A DNA stretch of 64,000 nucleotides, from positions 64,001 through 128,000 of the forward strand of contig JAXGPF010000014.1 in assembly GCA_040767085.1 (NCBI GenBank), read 5' to 3'. Below, one piece after another: positions 1 through 7,938 of this stretch. A program made the translations under genes and the position numbers. Source of the stretch: Kiritimatiellia bacterium (GTDB taxonomy: Bacteria; Verrucomicrobiota; Kiritimatiellia; JAAZAB01). Under the pieces are notes generated by a model, which saw only the letters and a list, made by a program, of their open reading frames with translations, searched no databases and was not told where the DNA came from. The first letter of the stretch is position 1; the number at the start of each line of letters is the position of its first letter.

Positions 1-443
1 TTGGGCTGGATGGGCGAATTTTCCGTGAATTGGCCCTGGCGGCCCAGGCTGCCGTAAACTTCGTCGGTGGAGACATGCATGAAGCGCGGCACTTTGTATT
101 GTCGGGCGAAATCCAGCAGGCGCTGCGTGCCGAGGATGTTGGTCCGGATAAAAGCCTCGACACCCAGGTGCAGGCTGCGGTCCACGTGGCTTTCGGCGGC
201 GAAGTGCGCGATGGCGTCGAACCGCGTGTCCGCCAGCACCGGTTCCAGGTCGGCTGGCTCGGCGATATCGCCCTTGACGAACCGGTAGCGCGGGTTTTTT
301 TCCAGTGCGCGCAGGCTTTCCAGGTTGCCGGCGTAGGTCAAAAGATCGAAATTAACCACCTGCGCGTCAGGGTCGGAACCCAGCAGGTGATGGATGAAAT
401 TGCTGCCGATGAAGCCGGCGCCGCCCGTAACCAGGATATGCAT
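1..443 (-). CDS. rmlB: dTDP-glucose 4,6-dehydratase, 5' part (runs off the window start)
   Basis: Not in the ORF track. Manual translation from ATG at 443: MHILVTGGAGFIGSNFIHHLL...DLLTYAGNL...HFAAESHVDRS...TNILGT...HVSTDEVYGSL, all RmlB/RfbB signatures. Confidence 0.92.
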   Translation of the reverse strand, partial: MHILVTGGAGFIGSNFIHHLLGSDPDAQVVNFDLLTYAGNLESLRALEKNPRYRFVKGDIAEPADLEPVLADTRFDAIAHFAAESHVDRSLHLGVEAFIRTNILGTQRLLDFARQYKVPRFMHVSTDEVYGSLGRQGQFTENSPIQP

Positions 444-464
444 GGAGAAGGAGAAGATTGTGTT

Positions 465-510
465 AAAAAGCCCGGGTTGTCCGCGGACGTTTACGCCCGC
501 GGCAACCCGG
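465..510 (-). terminator. Probable intrinsic terminator after the desulfoferrodoxin gene
   Basis: Stem ccgggttg-t-ccgcgg / ccgcgg-caacccgg (472-510), followed on the minus strand by a T-run (A5 at 465-469). Confidence 0.5.
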
Positions 511-531
511 TTGAAAAAACGCCGGTATGCT

Positions 532-912
532 TTACCGGGTTTCCCAGAGACCGTGGAGGTTGCAGTATTCGCGCACGACCAGGCCCGGCTGCATGGGCAC
601 ATAAAACTCGGCTTCCGGCTTCTGGCCGGGCGCCAGGTACTTGCGGGTGACGTAATCGCCGTTAATGACTTCAATCCACTGGATATGATGTTCCGGCAGC
701 ATCGGGTGGGGGACGGAGCCGACGGCGACTTTCACCCCGATTTGACCCATACTGACCACCGGCACATGTTTTTCCTTGCCTTCCTGGGCCGCGGATTTGG
801 GCTGGAGGAGGTCCATGGGCTTGCCGCAGCAGGTCAATTCCCCGCAATCGGCGTTGCCCAGCACTTCCACGGTTACGCCTGGCCGGCATTGATAGACTTC
901 GTTCTTCTTCAT
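532..912 (-). CDS. dfx: Desulfoferrodoxin / superoxide reductase
   Basis: Centre II motifs EKHVP, HPM..EHHIQWI and YCNLHGLW, plus N-terminal ...TCCGKPM. Start at 912 or 918. Confidence 0.9.
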   Translation of the reverse strand: MKKNEVYQCRPGVTVEVLGNADCGELTCCGKPMDLLQPKSAAQEGKEKHVPVVSMGQIGVKVAVGSVPHPMLPEHHIQWIEVINGDYVTRKYLAPGQKPEAEFYVPMQPGLVVREYCNLHGLWETR

Positions 913-984
913 TGGCATCCTTTCTGGTTGGAGTTTGCCCGCCGGCGCTCCGCGCCGGCAGCGTATTTAATATACGCGGAGCGG

Positions 985-1013
985 ATTATAGCCGCTGTAT
1001 CCGCCAGCGTCAA
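985..1013 (-). promoter_or_regulatory. sigma70-type promoter for dfx
   Basis: Minus strand TTGACG-N17-TATAAT, about 70 nt upstream of the start. Confidence 0.7.
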
Positions 1014-1162
1014 TTGTTTCATGCCGGTAAAATTTATGCGCTTGACACGCCGGTTGGGATATGGAAGCATCCGCCGGTTGACTTTGCGCCGCATCCTGGC
1101 GCATTCCTCCGCTTTTTGGCAGGCAGGCGTTTTCTGTTCAACCAGTGCATGGGAGTCAGGCT

Positions 1163-2326
1163 ATGATAGTGGGAATACCCAAAGAAATCATGAGCGGCGA
1201 AAACCGGGTGGCCGCCATCCCCGAAACCGTGAAAAAAATGACCGCCGATGGATGCAAAATCCTCGTGCAAACCGGCGCGGGCAACGGCGCGTTTTACCAT
1301 GACGAGGATTACGCCGCGGCGGGCGCCAGCCTGGTGGCCGATCCCCAAGCCATCTACGCCCAGGCGGATGTCATCCTGAAGGTCAAGGAGCCGCAATTCA
1401 ACCACACCCTGCAGAAGCATGAAGTGGAGATGATGCATCCGGGCCAGGTGGTCATTACTTTCTTCCATCCGGCGTCGCCGGTGAACCATGCCATGATCAA
1501 GCAGCTCGCCGCCGCGGGTGTGATCGGGTTGACGTTGGACGGCATCCCGCGCATCAGCCGGGCGCAAGCCATGGACGCGCTTTCCTCGATGAGCTCCTGC
1601 GCCGGATACAAGGGCATGCTCATGGCCGCCGACAGCATCGCCAAGTTCATGCCGATGATCGGGTCGGCCGTCGGGATGATCAAGCCGGCCACGGCCCTGG
1701 TGATCGGCGCCGGGGTGGCCGGCCTGCGCGCCATCGCCACCGCCAAGAGCCTGGGCGCGGTGGTGTATGCGGCGGATATCCGGCCGGAAGCCAGCGAGCA
1801 GGCGAAATCGCTGGGCGCGAAAATCGTGGACACTGGCGTGCCGCCCGAAATCGCCGTCAGCCCGGACGGCAAGCATGCCAACAAGCTGGCGGATAGCTGG
1901 CTGGAAACGGAGCGGCGGCAACTGCAGCCAGCCGTGGCGGCGGCGGACATAATTTTCCTTTCCGCGCTGCTGCTGGGCAAGAAGGCGCCGACGCTCCTGA
2001 CGGCCGACATGGTGCGGACGATGCGGCCGGGCAGTTGCATCATGGATATTTCGATTGACCAGGGCGGCAACTGCGAGGCGACGCGGCCCGGCGAAAAGAC
2101 GGTGCTGAACGGAGTCCTGGTGGATGGCTGTAAAAACATTCCCGGCTTGCTCCCGCAAAGCTCCACGTGGATGTTCGCCCATAATATCTACAACCTTTTG
2201 AAATACCTGACCCGGGACGGCGGGATCAAGCTGGACCTGTCGGATGAAATTACGGCTTCGATTTTGATTTGCCGCGACGGCCGCCTGGTGCATGCCGGCG
2301 CCCTGGAAGCCATGGGCTTGAACTAA
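1163..2326 (+). CDS. pntA: NAD(P) transhydrogenase subunit alpha, part 1 (dI)
   Basis: MIVGIPKE..GENRVA, RQD loop PRISRAQAMDALSS, GAGVAGL...ADIRP, DQGGNC. GGGAG precedes ATG 1163. Confidence 0.92.
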   Translation: MIVGIPKEIMSGENRVAAIPETVKKMTADGCKILVQTGAGNGAFYHDEDYAAAGASLVADPQAIYAQADVILKVKEPQFNHTLQKHEVEMMHPGQVVITFFHPASPVNHAMIKQLAAAGVIGLTLDGIPRISRAQAMDALSSMSSCAGYKGMLMAADSIAKFMPMIGSAVGMIKPATALVIGAGVAGLRAIATAKSLGAVVYAADIRPEASEQAKSLGAKIVDTGVPPEIAVSPDGKHANKLADSWLETERRQLQPAVAAADIIFLSALLLGKKAPTLLTADMVRTMRPGSCIMDISIDQGGNCEATRPGEKTVLNGVLVDGCKNIPGLLPQSSTWMFAHNIYNLLKYLTRDGGIKLDLSDEITASILICRDGRLVHAGALEAMGLN

Positions 2327-2355
2327 AATTCCGCCACAGAGAAGGGGATCCGGTG

Positions 2356-2664
2356 ATGACGCTGTTGCAATGGATTTTGCTGGGGGTGTTCGCCGCCGCC
2401 ACCATCGCGGGTTACCGCCTGATCAACCAGGTGCCGTCCTTGCTGCATACGCCGCTGATGTCGGGCATGAACGCGCTGTCCGGCGTGACGCTCCTGGGAG
2501 CGTTGCTGGCGGCGGCCATCGCTTTTTCCGGGACGCGCCCGGCGCTGGCCGGCGCCGCCGGCGCCCTGGCGATCATCGTGGCCATGATCAACCTGGTCGG
2601 CGGTTTCTGCGTGACGGACCGGATGCTCAAGATGTTTTCGCGGAAGGAAAGCCATCGTGAATAA
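2356..2664 (+). CDS. pntA: NAD(P) transhydrogenase subunit alpha, part 2 (membrane)
   Basis: VPSLLHTPLMSGMNALSG and INLVGGFCVTDRMLKMF motifs; lies between alpha1 and beta. Confidence 0.88.
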   Translation: MTLLQWILLGVFAAATIAGYRLINQVPSLLHTPLMSGMNALSGVTLLGALLAAAIAFSGTRPALAGAAGALAIIVAMINLVGGFCVTDRMLKMFSRKESHRE

Positions 2665-4138
2665 CCCATTCTGGCTGGCCGGCGCGCTGGGCATGACGAT
2701 TCCCGACAATGGCTATTACCTCCTGGCCGCCATTTTGGCCGGCGTGGTGCTTTACGGGATTCACCTGATGAGCCGGGTGCAGACCGCGCGCCTGGGCAAC
2801 CTGCTCAGCGCCGCCGCCATGGCGGCCGGCGTCATCCTCACCCTGGTCAAGTACAACCTGCTGCAGGCCTGGATGCTGTATCCCTGCCTGGCAGTGGGCG
2901 CGGCCCTGGGCCTCCTCCTGGCTTACCGGGTCAAAATGATCGAAATGCCGCAGATGGTGGCATTGTTGAACAGTCTTGGCGGCCTGGCCTCGGCCATCGT
3001 GGGCGGGTACGCCTGGATGGGCATCGGGGCCGCCGGAGACCGTTTCAGCACGCTGGCCGCCGTGCTGGCCCTGGAGGTCGGGGTTCTGACATTTTGCGGC
3101 AGCCTGGTTGCGGCGGGCAAGCTGCACCGCCTGCTGCCGCAAGCGCCGCTGACGCTGCCGCGACACCAGTGGTGGACCGGCACGGCCTGCGCGCTCTGCC
3201 TGCTGCTGGCCCTGGCGCCGCAGTTTGTCGGCTGGCCGGCAGCCGGGCTGCTGGCGGCGGCCGCCGCGGCCGCGGCGGTGTTCGGCGTGGTCTTTACCAT
3301 TAAAATCGGCGGGGCGGATATGCCGATTACGATTTCGCTGCTCAACAGCCTGTCCGGCGTCGCCGGCGCGATTTCCGGCCTGGCCATCGGCGATGTGCTG
3401 CTGGTGGCCGTCGGCGGGATTGTGGGGGCTTCCGGCCTGTTGCTAACCCAGATCATGTGCCGGGCCATGAATCGCCGGCTGTTTGACATCCTGCTGGGCT
3501 CGACGCGCGCGGCCGGTAAGTCCAAACCGGCGCCCGAGTCCGGGCCGGCACCCGGGTCCGGGCTGGCACCCGAGTCCGGGCCGGCGGCGCCCGCTGCCCA
3601 CCCGCCGCCGGCTGCCGCCTCCGATCCGCTGGCAGTGCTGCAGCGCGCCCGGAACGTCATCATCGTCCCGGGTTACGGCATGGCCCTGGCCCAGGCGCAG
3701 CACCTGGTGAAGGAACTGGCGGACCGGCTGCGCGCCGGCGGGGCGCAGGTGCGTTATGCCATCCACCCGGTGGCAGGGCGCATGCCCGGCCACATGAACG
3801 TATTATTGGCGGAAGCCAACGTGGATTACGATGATTTGTTCGAAATGGACGATTTGAATCCGGAGTTTGCCGGGGCGGACCTGGCGATTGCCGTCGGCGC
3901 CAATGACGTGATGAATCCCGCGGCGCGCGCGGCGGAAGGCACGCCGATTTACGGCATGCCGGTGCTGAATGTGGATGCCTGCAAAGAGATCTTCATCTTC
4001 AACTATGACCTGCGGCCGGGTTATGCCGGGGTGGAAAACCCGCTTTACCAGCGCCCCCAGGGCGTGCACTTGTTTTTGGGGAATGCTGCCGAAACTTTGA
4101 AAAAACTGCTGGATGAATACAAGCCCGCCGGGAATTGA
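2657..4138 (+). CDS. pntB: NAD(P) transhydrogenase subunit beta (atypical dIII)
   Basis: MPQMVALLNS, IGGADMP..ISLLNS, VPGYGMALAQAQ, IHPVAGRMPGHMNVLLAEA, GANDVMNPAA, GYAGVENP. Confidence 0.93.
   Translation: MNNPFWLAGALGMTIPDNGYYLLAAILAGVVLYGIHLMSRVQTARLGNLLSAAAMAAGVILTLVKYNLLQAWMLYPCLAVGAALGLLLAYRVKMIEMPQMVALLNSLGGLASAIVGGYAWMGIGAAGDRFSTLAAVLALEVGVLTFCGSLVAAGKLHRLLPQAPLTLPRHQWWTGTACALCLLLALAPQFVGWPAAGLLAAAAAAAAVFGVVFTIKIGGADMPITISLLNSLSGVAGAISGLAIGDVLLVAVGGIVGASGLLLTQIMCRAMNRRLFDILLGSTRAAGKSKPAPESGPAPGSGLAPESGPAAPAAHPPPAAASDPLAVLQRARNVIIVPGYGMALAQAQHLVKELADRLRAGGAQVRYAIHPVAGRMPGHMNVLLAEANVDYDDLFEMDDLNPEFAGADLAIAVGANDVMNPAARAAEGTPIYGMPVLNVDACKEIFIFNYDLRPGYAGVENPLYQRPQGVHLFLGNAAETLKKLLDEYKPAGN
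3527..3580 (+). repeat. 3 x 18-bp in-frame tandem repeat in the PntB dII-dIII linker
   Basis: ccggcgcccgagtccggg / ccggcacccgggtccggg / ctggcacccgagtccggg (PAPESG PAPGSG LAPESG). Confidence 0.85.
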
Positions 4139-4201
4139 CCGTTCCGCCTGCGGCGCGGTCATGGCGGCCTGGTCAAGGCGCGCGGTTAATCGGGGGAAAT
4201 C

Positions 4202-4954
4202 ATGAAAGTTGGCGTAGCTGATTACGGGATGAACGTCTGGGATGGCGGATTATTCGATATCGAGGAACGGTTGCTGTCTTTGAAGGCGATCGGATTTGAC
4301 GGCACCGAACGGCTGGCGGCGGTGTCGCCTTCGGATGCCCTGCTCAAGGCCGGGCTGTACCGCCGGCTGGGCATGGATTTCAGCACCTGCCGCGGGCCGG
4401 ACGTCCAAACCAACATCGAGTGGACCGCCGCCCTGGGCAAGGATTACATCTGGATGACGCCCGGGGATACCAGCCGCAAGGTGCCGCTGGATGTTTTCTG
4501 CCGGCGGGCGAAGGCGCTGGCGCGCAGTTGCCGGCGCTGGGGATTGACCGCCGCCATCCACAACCACATGTACCAGCGGATTGAAAGCCAGCAGGAGCTG
4601 GAGGATTTTCTACAGGCCGTGCCGGATGCCGGCATAGTGCTGGATACCGGCCATCTTTCCATGGCCGGCGGCGATCCGGCGGCCATTGTCCGCAAGTACC
4701 ATCAACGCATCGCCGTCATGCACTTGAAGGATGTTTTATTGACCGGGCAGACGCGCGACGATGGCCGGCCGGATTACCGCTTCTGCGAACTGGGCGCCGG
4801 CAATAACGGCTTGGATAACGCGCAGGTATTGCATGCCCTGCGCGAGACGGGCTGGGATGGCTGGCTGCACATCGAGCACGATCACCACCAGCGCGATCCG
4901 CTGGAGGATTTACGGATCAGCCGCGCATTCATCCGCCGCGCCATCGGCGTGTAG
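4202..4954 (+). CDS. Sugar phosphate isomerase/epimerase (xylose-isomerase-like TIM barrel, IolE-like)
   Basis: GFDGTE, IHNH, LDTGH, MHLKD, ELGAG, GWLHIEHD metal-binding motifs. Confidence 0.85.
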   Translation: MKVGVADYGMNVWDGGLFDIEERLLSLKAIGFDGTERLAAVSPSDALLKAGLYRRLGMDFSTCRGPDVQTNIEWTAALGKDYIWMTPGDTSRKVPLDVFCRRAKALARSCRRWGLTAAIHNHMYQRIESQQELEDFLQAVPDAGIVLDTGHLSMAGGDPAAIVRKYHQRIAVMHLKDVLLTGQTRDDGRPDYRFCELGAGNNGLDNAQVLHALRETGWDGWLHIEHDHHQRDPLEDLRISRAFIRRAIGV

Positions 4955-5065
4955 CCGCCCGCCCGCCTCGGCGCCCAAGGGACTGGGCGCCCTACCGATT
5001 AATTGGATGGTAGGGCGTGTAGCCACCCCTCCGCCTCGGCGCCCAAGGGACTGGGCGCCCTACCG
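4946..5065. repeat. REP/BIME-like palindromic repeat, two copies at a 68-bp period
   Basis: ggcgtgtagcc..ccgcctcggcgcccaagggactgggcgccctaccg at 4946 and 5014; internal hairpin ggcgccca/tgggcgcc; copy 2 bounded by GGTAGGGCG...CGCCCTACC. Confidence 0.75.
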
Positions 5066-5110
5066 TTTAGCAGCCCTGCCCCCCCCGTGGCGCATTGCCC
5101 GAATTTAAAG

Positions 5111-5139
5111 TTGATTGTGCCCGCGGATATCGGCATAAT
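5111..5139 (+). promoter_or_regulatory. sigma70-type promoter for the DegT-uppS operon
   Basis: TTGATT-N17-CATAAT; inverted repeat tgcccgc/gcgggca (5118-5147) brackets the -10. Confidence 0.5.
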
Positions 5140-5183
5140 TGCGGGCAGGTCTGATTGAAAACCGGTTTCCCCGAGGTAATTGC

Positions 5184-6329
5184 ATGCAAGTGCCATTGTT
5201 GGATTTGAAGGCGCAGTACCAGGCTTTGCGGGAAGAAATCCGCCGGGCCATGGATGAAGTCTGCGACGCGCAGCAATTCGTGCTGGGCCCCGTGGTCCAG
5301 CGCTTCGAGGAGGAAACCGCCGCGTATTGCGGCGCGCGTTATGCCGTCGGCGTTTCTTCCGGCACGGACGCGCTGCTGGCCGCCTTGATGGCGCTGGGGA
5401 TCGGGCCGGGCGACGCCGTGGTGACCACGCCCTTCACTTTTTTTGCCACGGCCGGCGCCATCGCGCGCGTGGGCGCGCGGCCGGTGTTCGCGGATATTGA
5501 CCCGGTGACGTTCAACCTGGACCCGGCGCAGGCGCGCCGCCTGTTCGAGAATCCGCCGGACTACCTGCGCGGCCGGCGTCCCGCGGCGTTAATACCGGTG
5601 CACTTGTTCGGGCAATGCGCCGACATGGACGCGCTGCTGGCGCTGGCCGGCGAGCATGGCTGCCCGGTCATCGAGGATGCGGCCCAGGCCGTGGGCGCGG
5701 AATATCCCCCGCCGGAGCGCGTCCGGCGCGCGGGCGCCATGGGCGCCATGGGCTGTTTCAGCTTTTTCCCGTCCAAGAATCTCGGCGGTTTCGGCGATGG
5801 CGGGCTGGTGACCACCAACGACGCCCGGCTGGCGGAAACCCTGCGTTCGCTGCGGATGCACGGCGCCGTGGAAACCTATTACCACCGGCAGGTGGGCGGC
5901 AATTTCCGCCTGGATGCCCTGCAGGCCGCGGTGCTGCGCGTCAAACTGCGGCACCTGGATCGGTGGCACGCGGCGCGGCGGGACCATGCCGGGTTTTACA
6001 ATCGCGCTTTCCGCGGCAGTTGTGTGGTGACCCCCGCCGCGGCCTACCCGGACCTGCCGCGCGGGCATATCTATAATCAGTATGTCATCCGCGTGCCGCG
6101 CCGGGACGAGGTGCGGCGGCGGCTGCAGGATGCCGGCGTGGGCAGCGCGGTGTATTATCCCTTGCCGCTGCACCTGCAGGAATGTTTCAGATCGCTGGGC
6201 TACCGGGCCGGCGATTTTCCAGTCAGCGAAAAAGCGGCCGCGGAAGTGCTGGCGCTGCCAGTTTACCCGGAATTGCGCCCCGAGCAGGTGGAATACGTTG
6301 CGCGGGCCGTCCTGGAGGCAGGGCAATGA
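5184..6329 (+). CDS. DegT/DnrJ/EryC1/StrS family PLP aminotransferase
   Basis: MQVPLLDLKAQY, SSGTDAL, PVHLFGQ, EDAAQA, FSFFPSKNLGGFGDGG (PLP lysine); GAGGT RBS. Confidence 0.92.
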   Translation: MQVPLLDLKAQYQALREEIRRAMDEVCDAQQFVLGPVVQRFEEETAAYCGARYAVGVSSGTDALLAALMALGIGPGDAVVTTPFTFFATAGAIARVGARPVFADIDPVTFNLDPAQARRLFENPPDYLRGRRPAALIPVHLFGQCADMDALLALAGEHGCPVIEDAAQAVGAEYPPPERVRRAGAMGAMGCFSFFPSKNLGGFGDGGLVTTNDARLAETLRSLRMHGAVETYYHRQVGGNFRLDALQAAVLRVKLRHLDRWHAARRDHAGFYNRAFRGSCVVTPAAAYPDLPRGHIYNQYVIRVPRRDEVRRRLQDAGVGSAVYYPLPLHLQECFRSLGYRAGDFPVSEKAAAEVLALPVYPELRPEQVEYVARAVLEAGQ

Positions 6330-7069
6330 CGTCCCCGGCCGGCATACCCAGGCACGTGGCCGTGATCATGGACGGCAACGGCCGCTGGGCGCAGCAGCGC
6401 GGGCTGTCCCGGCTGGCGGGCCATGCCGAGGGAGTCAAGTCCGTGGAAGCCATGGTCCGCGCCTGCCGGGAAGCCGGCGTGCAATACCTGACCTTGTATG
6501 CCTTCAGCACGGAAAACTGGTCGCGCACCCCCGCCGAGGTCGCCGGCTTGATGCGGCTGCTGGAAAAGTTTCTGCGCTCACACACCGCGGAAATGCACAA
6601 GCACGACATCCGCCTGCGGGTCATCGGCCGGCTGGACGATTTGCCGCTGGCGGTGCGCAACGCCCTGCGCCGCGCCATGCAGGCCACCGCCGGACACACG
6701 GCCGGGCAGTTGATCCTGGCCCTGAGCTACGGCGGCCGCGATGAAATCACCCGCGCCGCGCGCGAGATCGCCCGGCAGGCTGCCGCCGGCGCCATCCGGC
6801 CGGAGGCGGTGGATGAAGCGATGATATCCGCCCATCTCTATGCCCCGGATGTGCCGGACCCCGACTTGCTGATCCGCACCAGCGGGGAGTTGCGGCTGAG
6901 CAATTTCCTGCTCTGGCAACTGTCCTACGCGGAATTATATTTCACCGATGTGTTGTGGCCGGACTTCCGGGAGGCGGAATTCCAGGCGGCGCTCCAGGAA
7001 TACAGCCGGCGGCAGCGGCGTTTCGGCGGCGTGCGGGACGCCGACGCTCAACCGGGAGGCGCCGCATGA
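6326..7069 (+). CDS. uppS: Undecaprenyl diphosphate synthase
   Basis: HVAVIMDGNGRWA, LYAFSTENW, YGGRDEI, DLLIRTSGELRLSNFLLWQ; ATGA overlap with the upstream gene. Confidence 0.96.
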   Translation: MTSPAGIPRHVAVIMDGNGRWAQQRGLSRLAGHAEGVKSVEAMVRACREAGVQYLTLYAFSTENWSRTPAEVAGLMRLLEKFLRSHTAEMHKHDIRLRVIGRLDDLPLAVRNALRRAMQATAGHTAGQLILALSYGGRDEITRAAREIARQAAAGAIRPEAVDEAMISAHLYAPDVPDPDLLIRTSGELRLSNFLLWQLSYAELYFTDVLWPDFREAEFQAALQEYSRRQRRFGGVRDADAQPGGAA

Positions 7070-7938
7070 GCCCGGTCCTGCGCAAACGCATCGTCAGCGG
7101 CGTGATCCTGGCCGCGGCCGGGGTGGGCATGCTGTACCTGCCCGGTTGGGCGGTGGGATTTGTCATTCCGCTGATCGTCATCCCGGCCCAGTTGGAGTTT
7201 TACAAGTTTTTGCACCAAGCCGGCATACCGTCCTTCCGCGCCATCGGGCTGGTGTCGGGGGCGTGCCTGGCCGTCGGCGTCTGGCTGGCTTACCTCCTGG
7301 GCGGCGGGGCGGTGGACTGGGAATTCGAAGCCTTGGCGCTGTTTCTGGCGGTGGCAGTGCTATGTACCCGGCAATTGCCCCGGAAAAACGACCCGCAGCC
7401 CCTGATTACCCTTTCCTGCACGCTGTTGGGGATCATGTATGTGCCGTTCCTGTTCACTTTTTTCCTCCGGCTGGCTTATGGATGGGAAACGCCCTCAATC
7501 GAGGCGCCTCTCGGCGAGACCGGCCGCCGGATTTTCATTTACCTGTTGGCCATCGTCAAGCTGACCGATGTCGGGGCCTATTTCATCGGCAGCCGCCTGG
7601 GCCGGCATAAATTGATGCCGCGGATATCCCCGGGTAAAACGGTGGAAGGATTGATCGGCGGATTGGCTGTAGGGCTGGCGGCCAGCCTGATCTGGCACCG
7701 GGTCTGGCAGGGCCAGTTCGGCGTCCTGCGTCTATCCGCCGGCGATGCCTGGCTGCTGGGCTTGCTCCTGCCGGCGGCGGGCGTCATCGGCGACCTGGTG
7801 GAATCGATGTTGAAACGCGCCGCCGGCGCCAAGGATTCCAGCAGTTGCTTCCCCGGCCTGGGCGGCATGCTCGACGTGTTCGACAGCCTGCTGTTTGCGG
7901 CGCCGGTGATGTTTTTCTATTTAAGGTGGTTTGTATGA
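7066..7938 (+). CDS. cdsA: Phosphatidate cytidylyltransferase
   Basis: DVGAYFIG...RISPGKTVEG...GDLVESMLKR..GAKDS...PG.GGMLDVFDS; follows uppS. Confidence 0.94.
   Translation: MSPVLRKRIVSGVILAAAGVGMLYLPGWAVGFVIPLIVIPAQLEFYKFLHQAGIPSFRAIGLVSGACLAVGVWLAYLLGGGAVDWEFEALALFLAVAVLCTRQLPRKNDPQPLITLSCTLLGIMYVPFLFTFFLRLAYGWETPSIEAPLGETGRRIFIYLLAIVKLTDVGAYFIGSRLGRHKLMPRISPGKTVEGLIGGLAVGLAASLIWHRVWQGQFGVLRLSAGDAWLLGLLLPAAGVIGDLVESMLKRAAGAKDSSSCFPGLGGMLDVFDSLLFAAPVMFFYLRWFV

Noticed and set aside
30..1302. Plus-strand ORFs 30..650 and 394..1302
   Set aside because: Antisense shadows of rmlB and dfx, which carry clear family motifs on the minus strand.
4946..5065. Possible mini-CRISPR array
   Set aside because: Only two ~52-bp copies with a 16-bp gap, REP-like feet and no cas genes.
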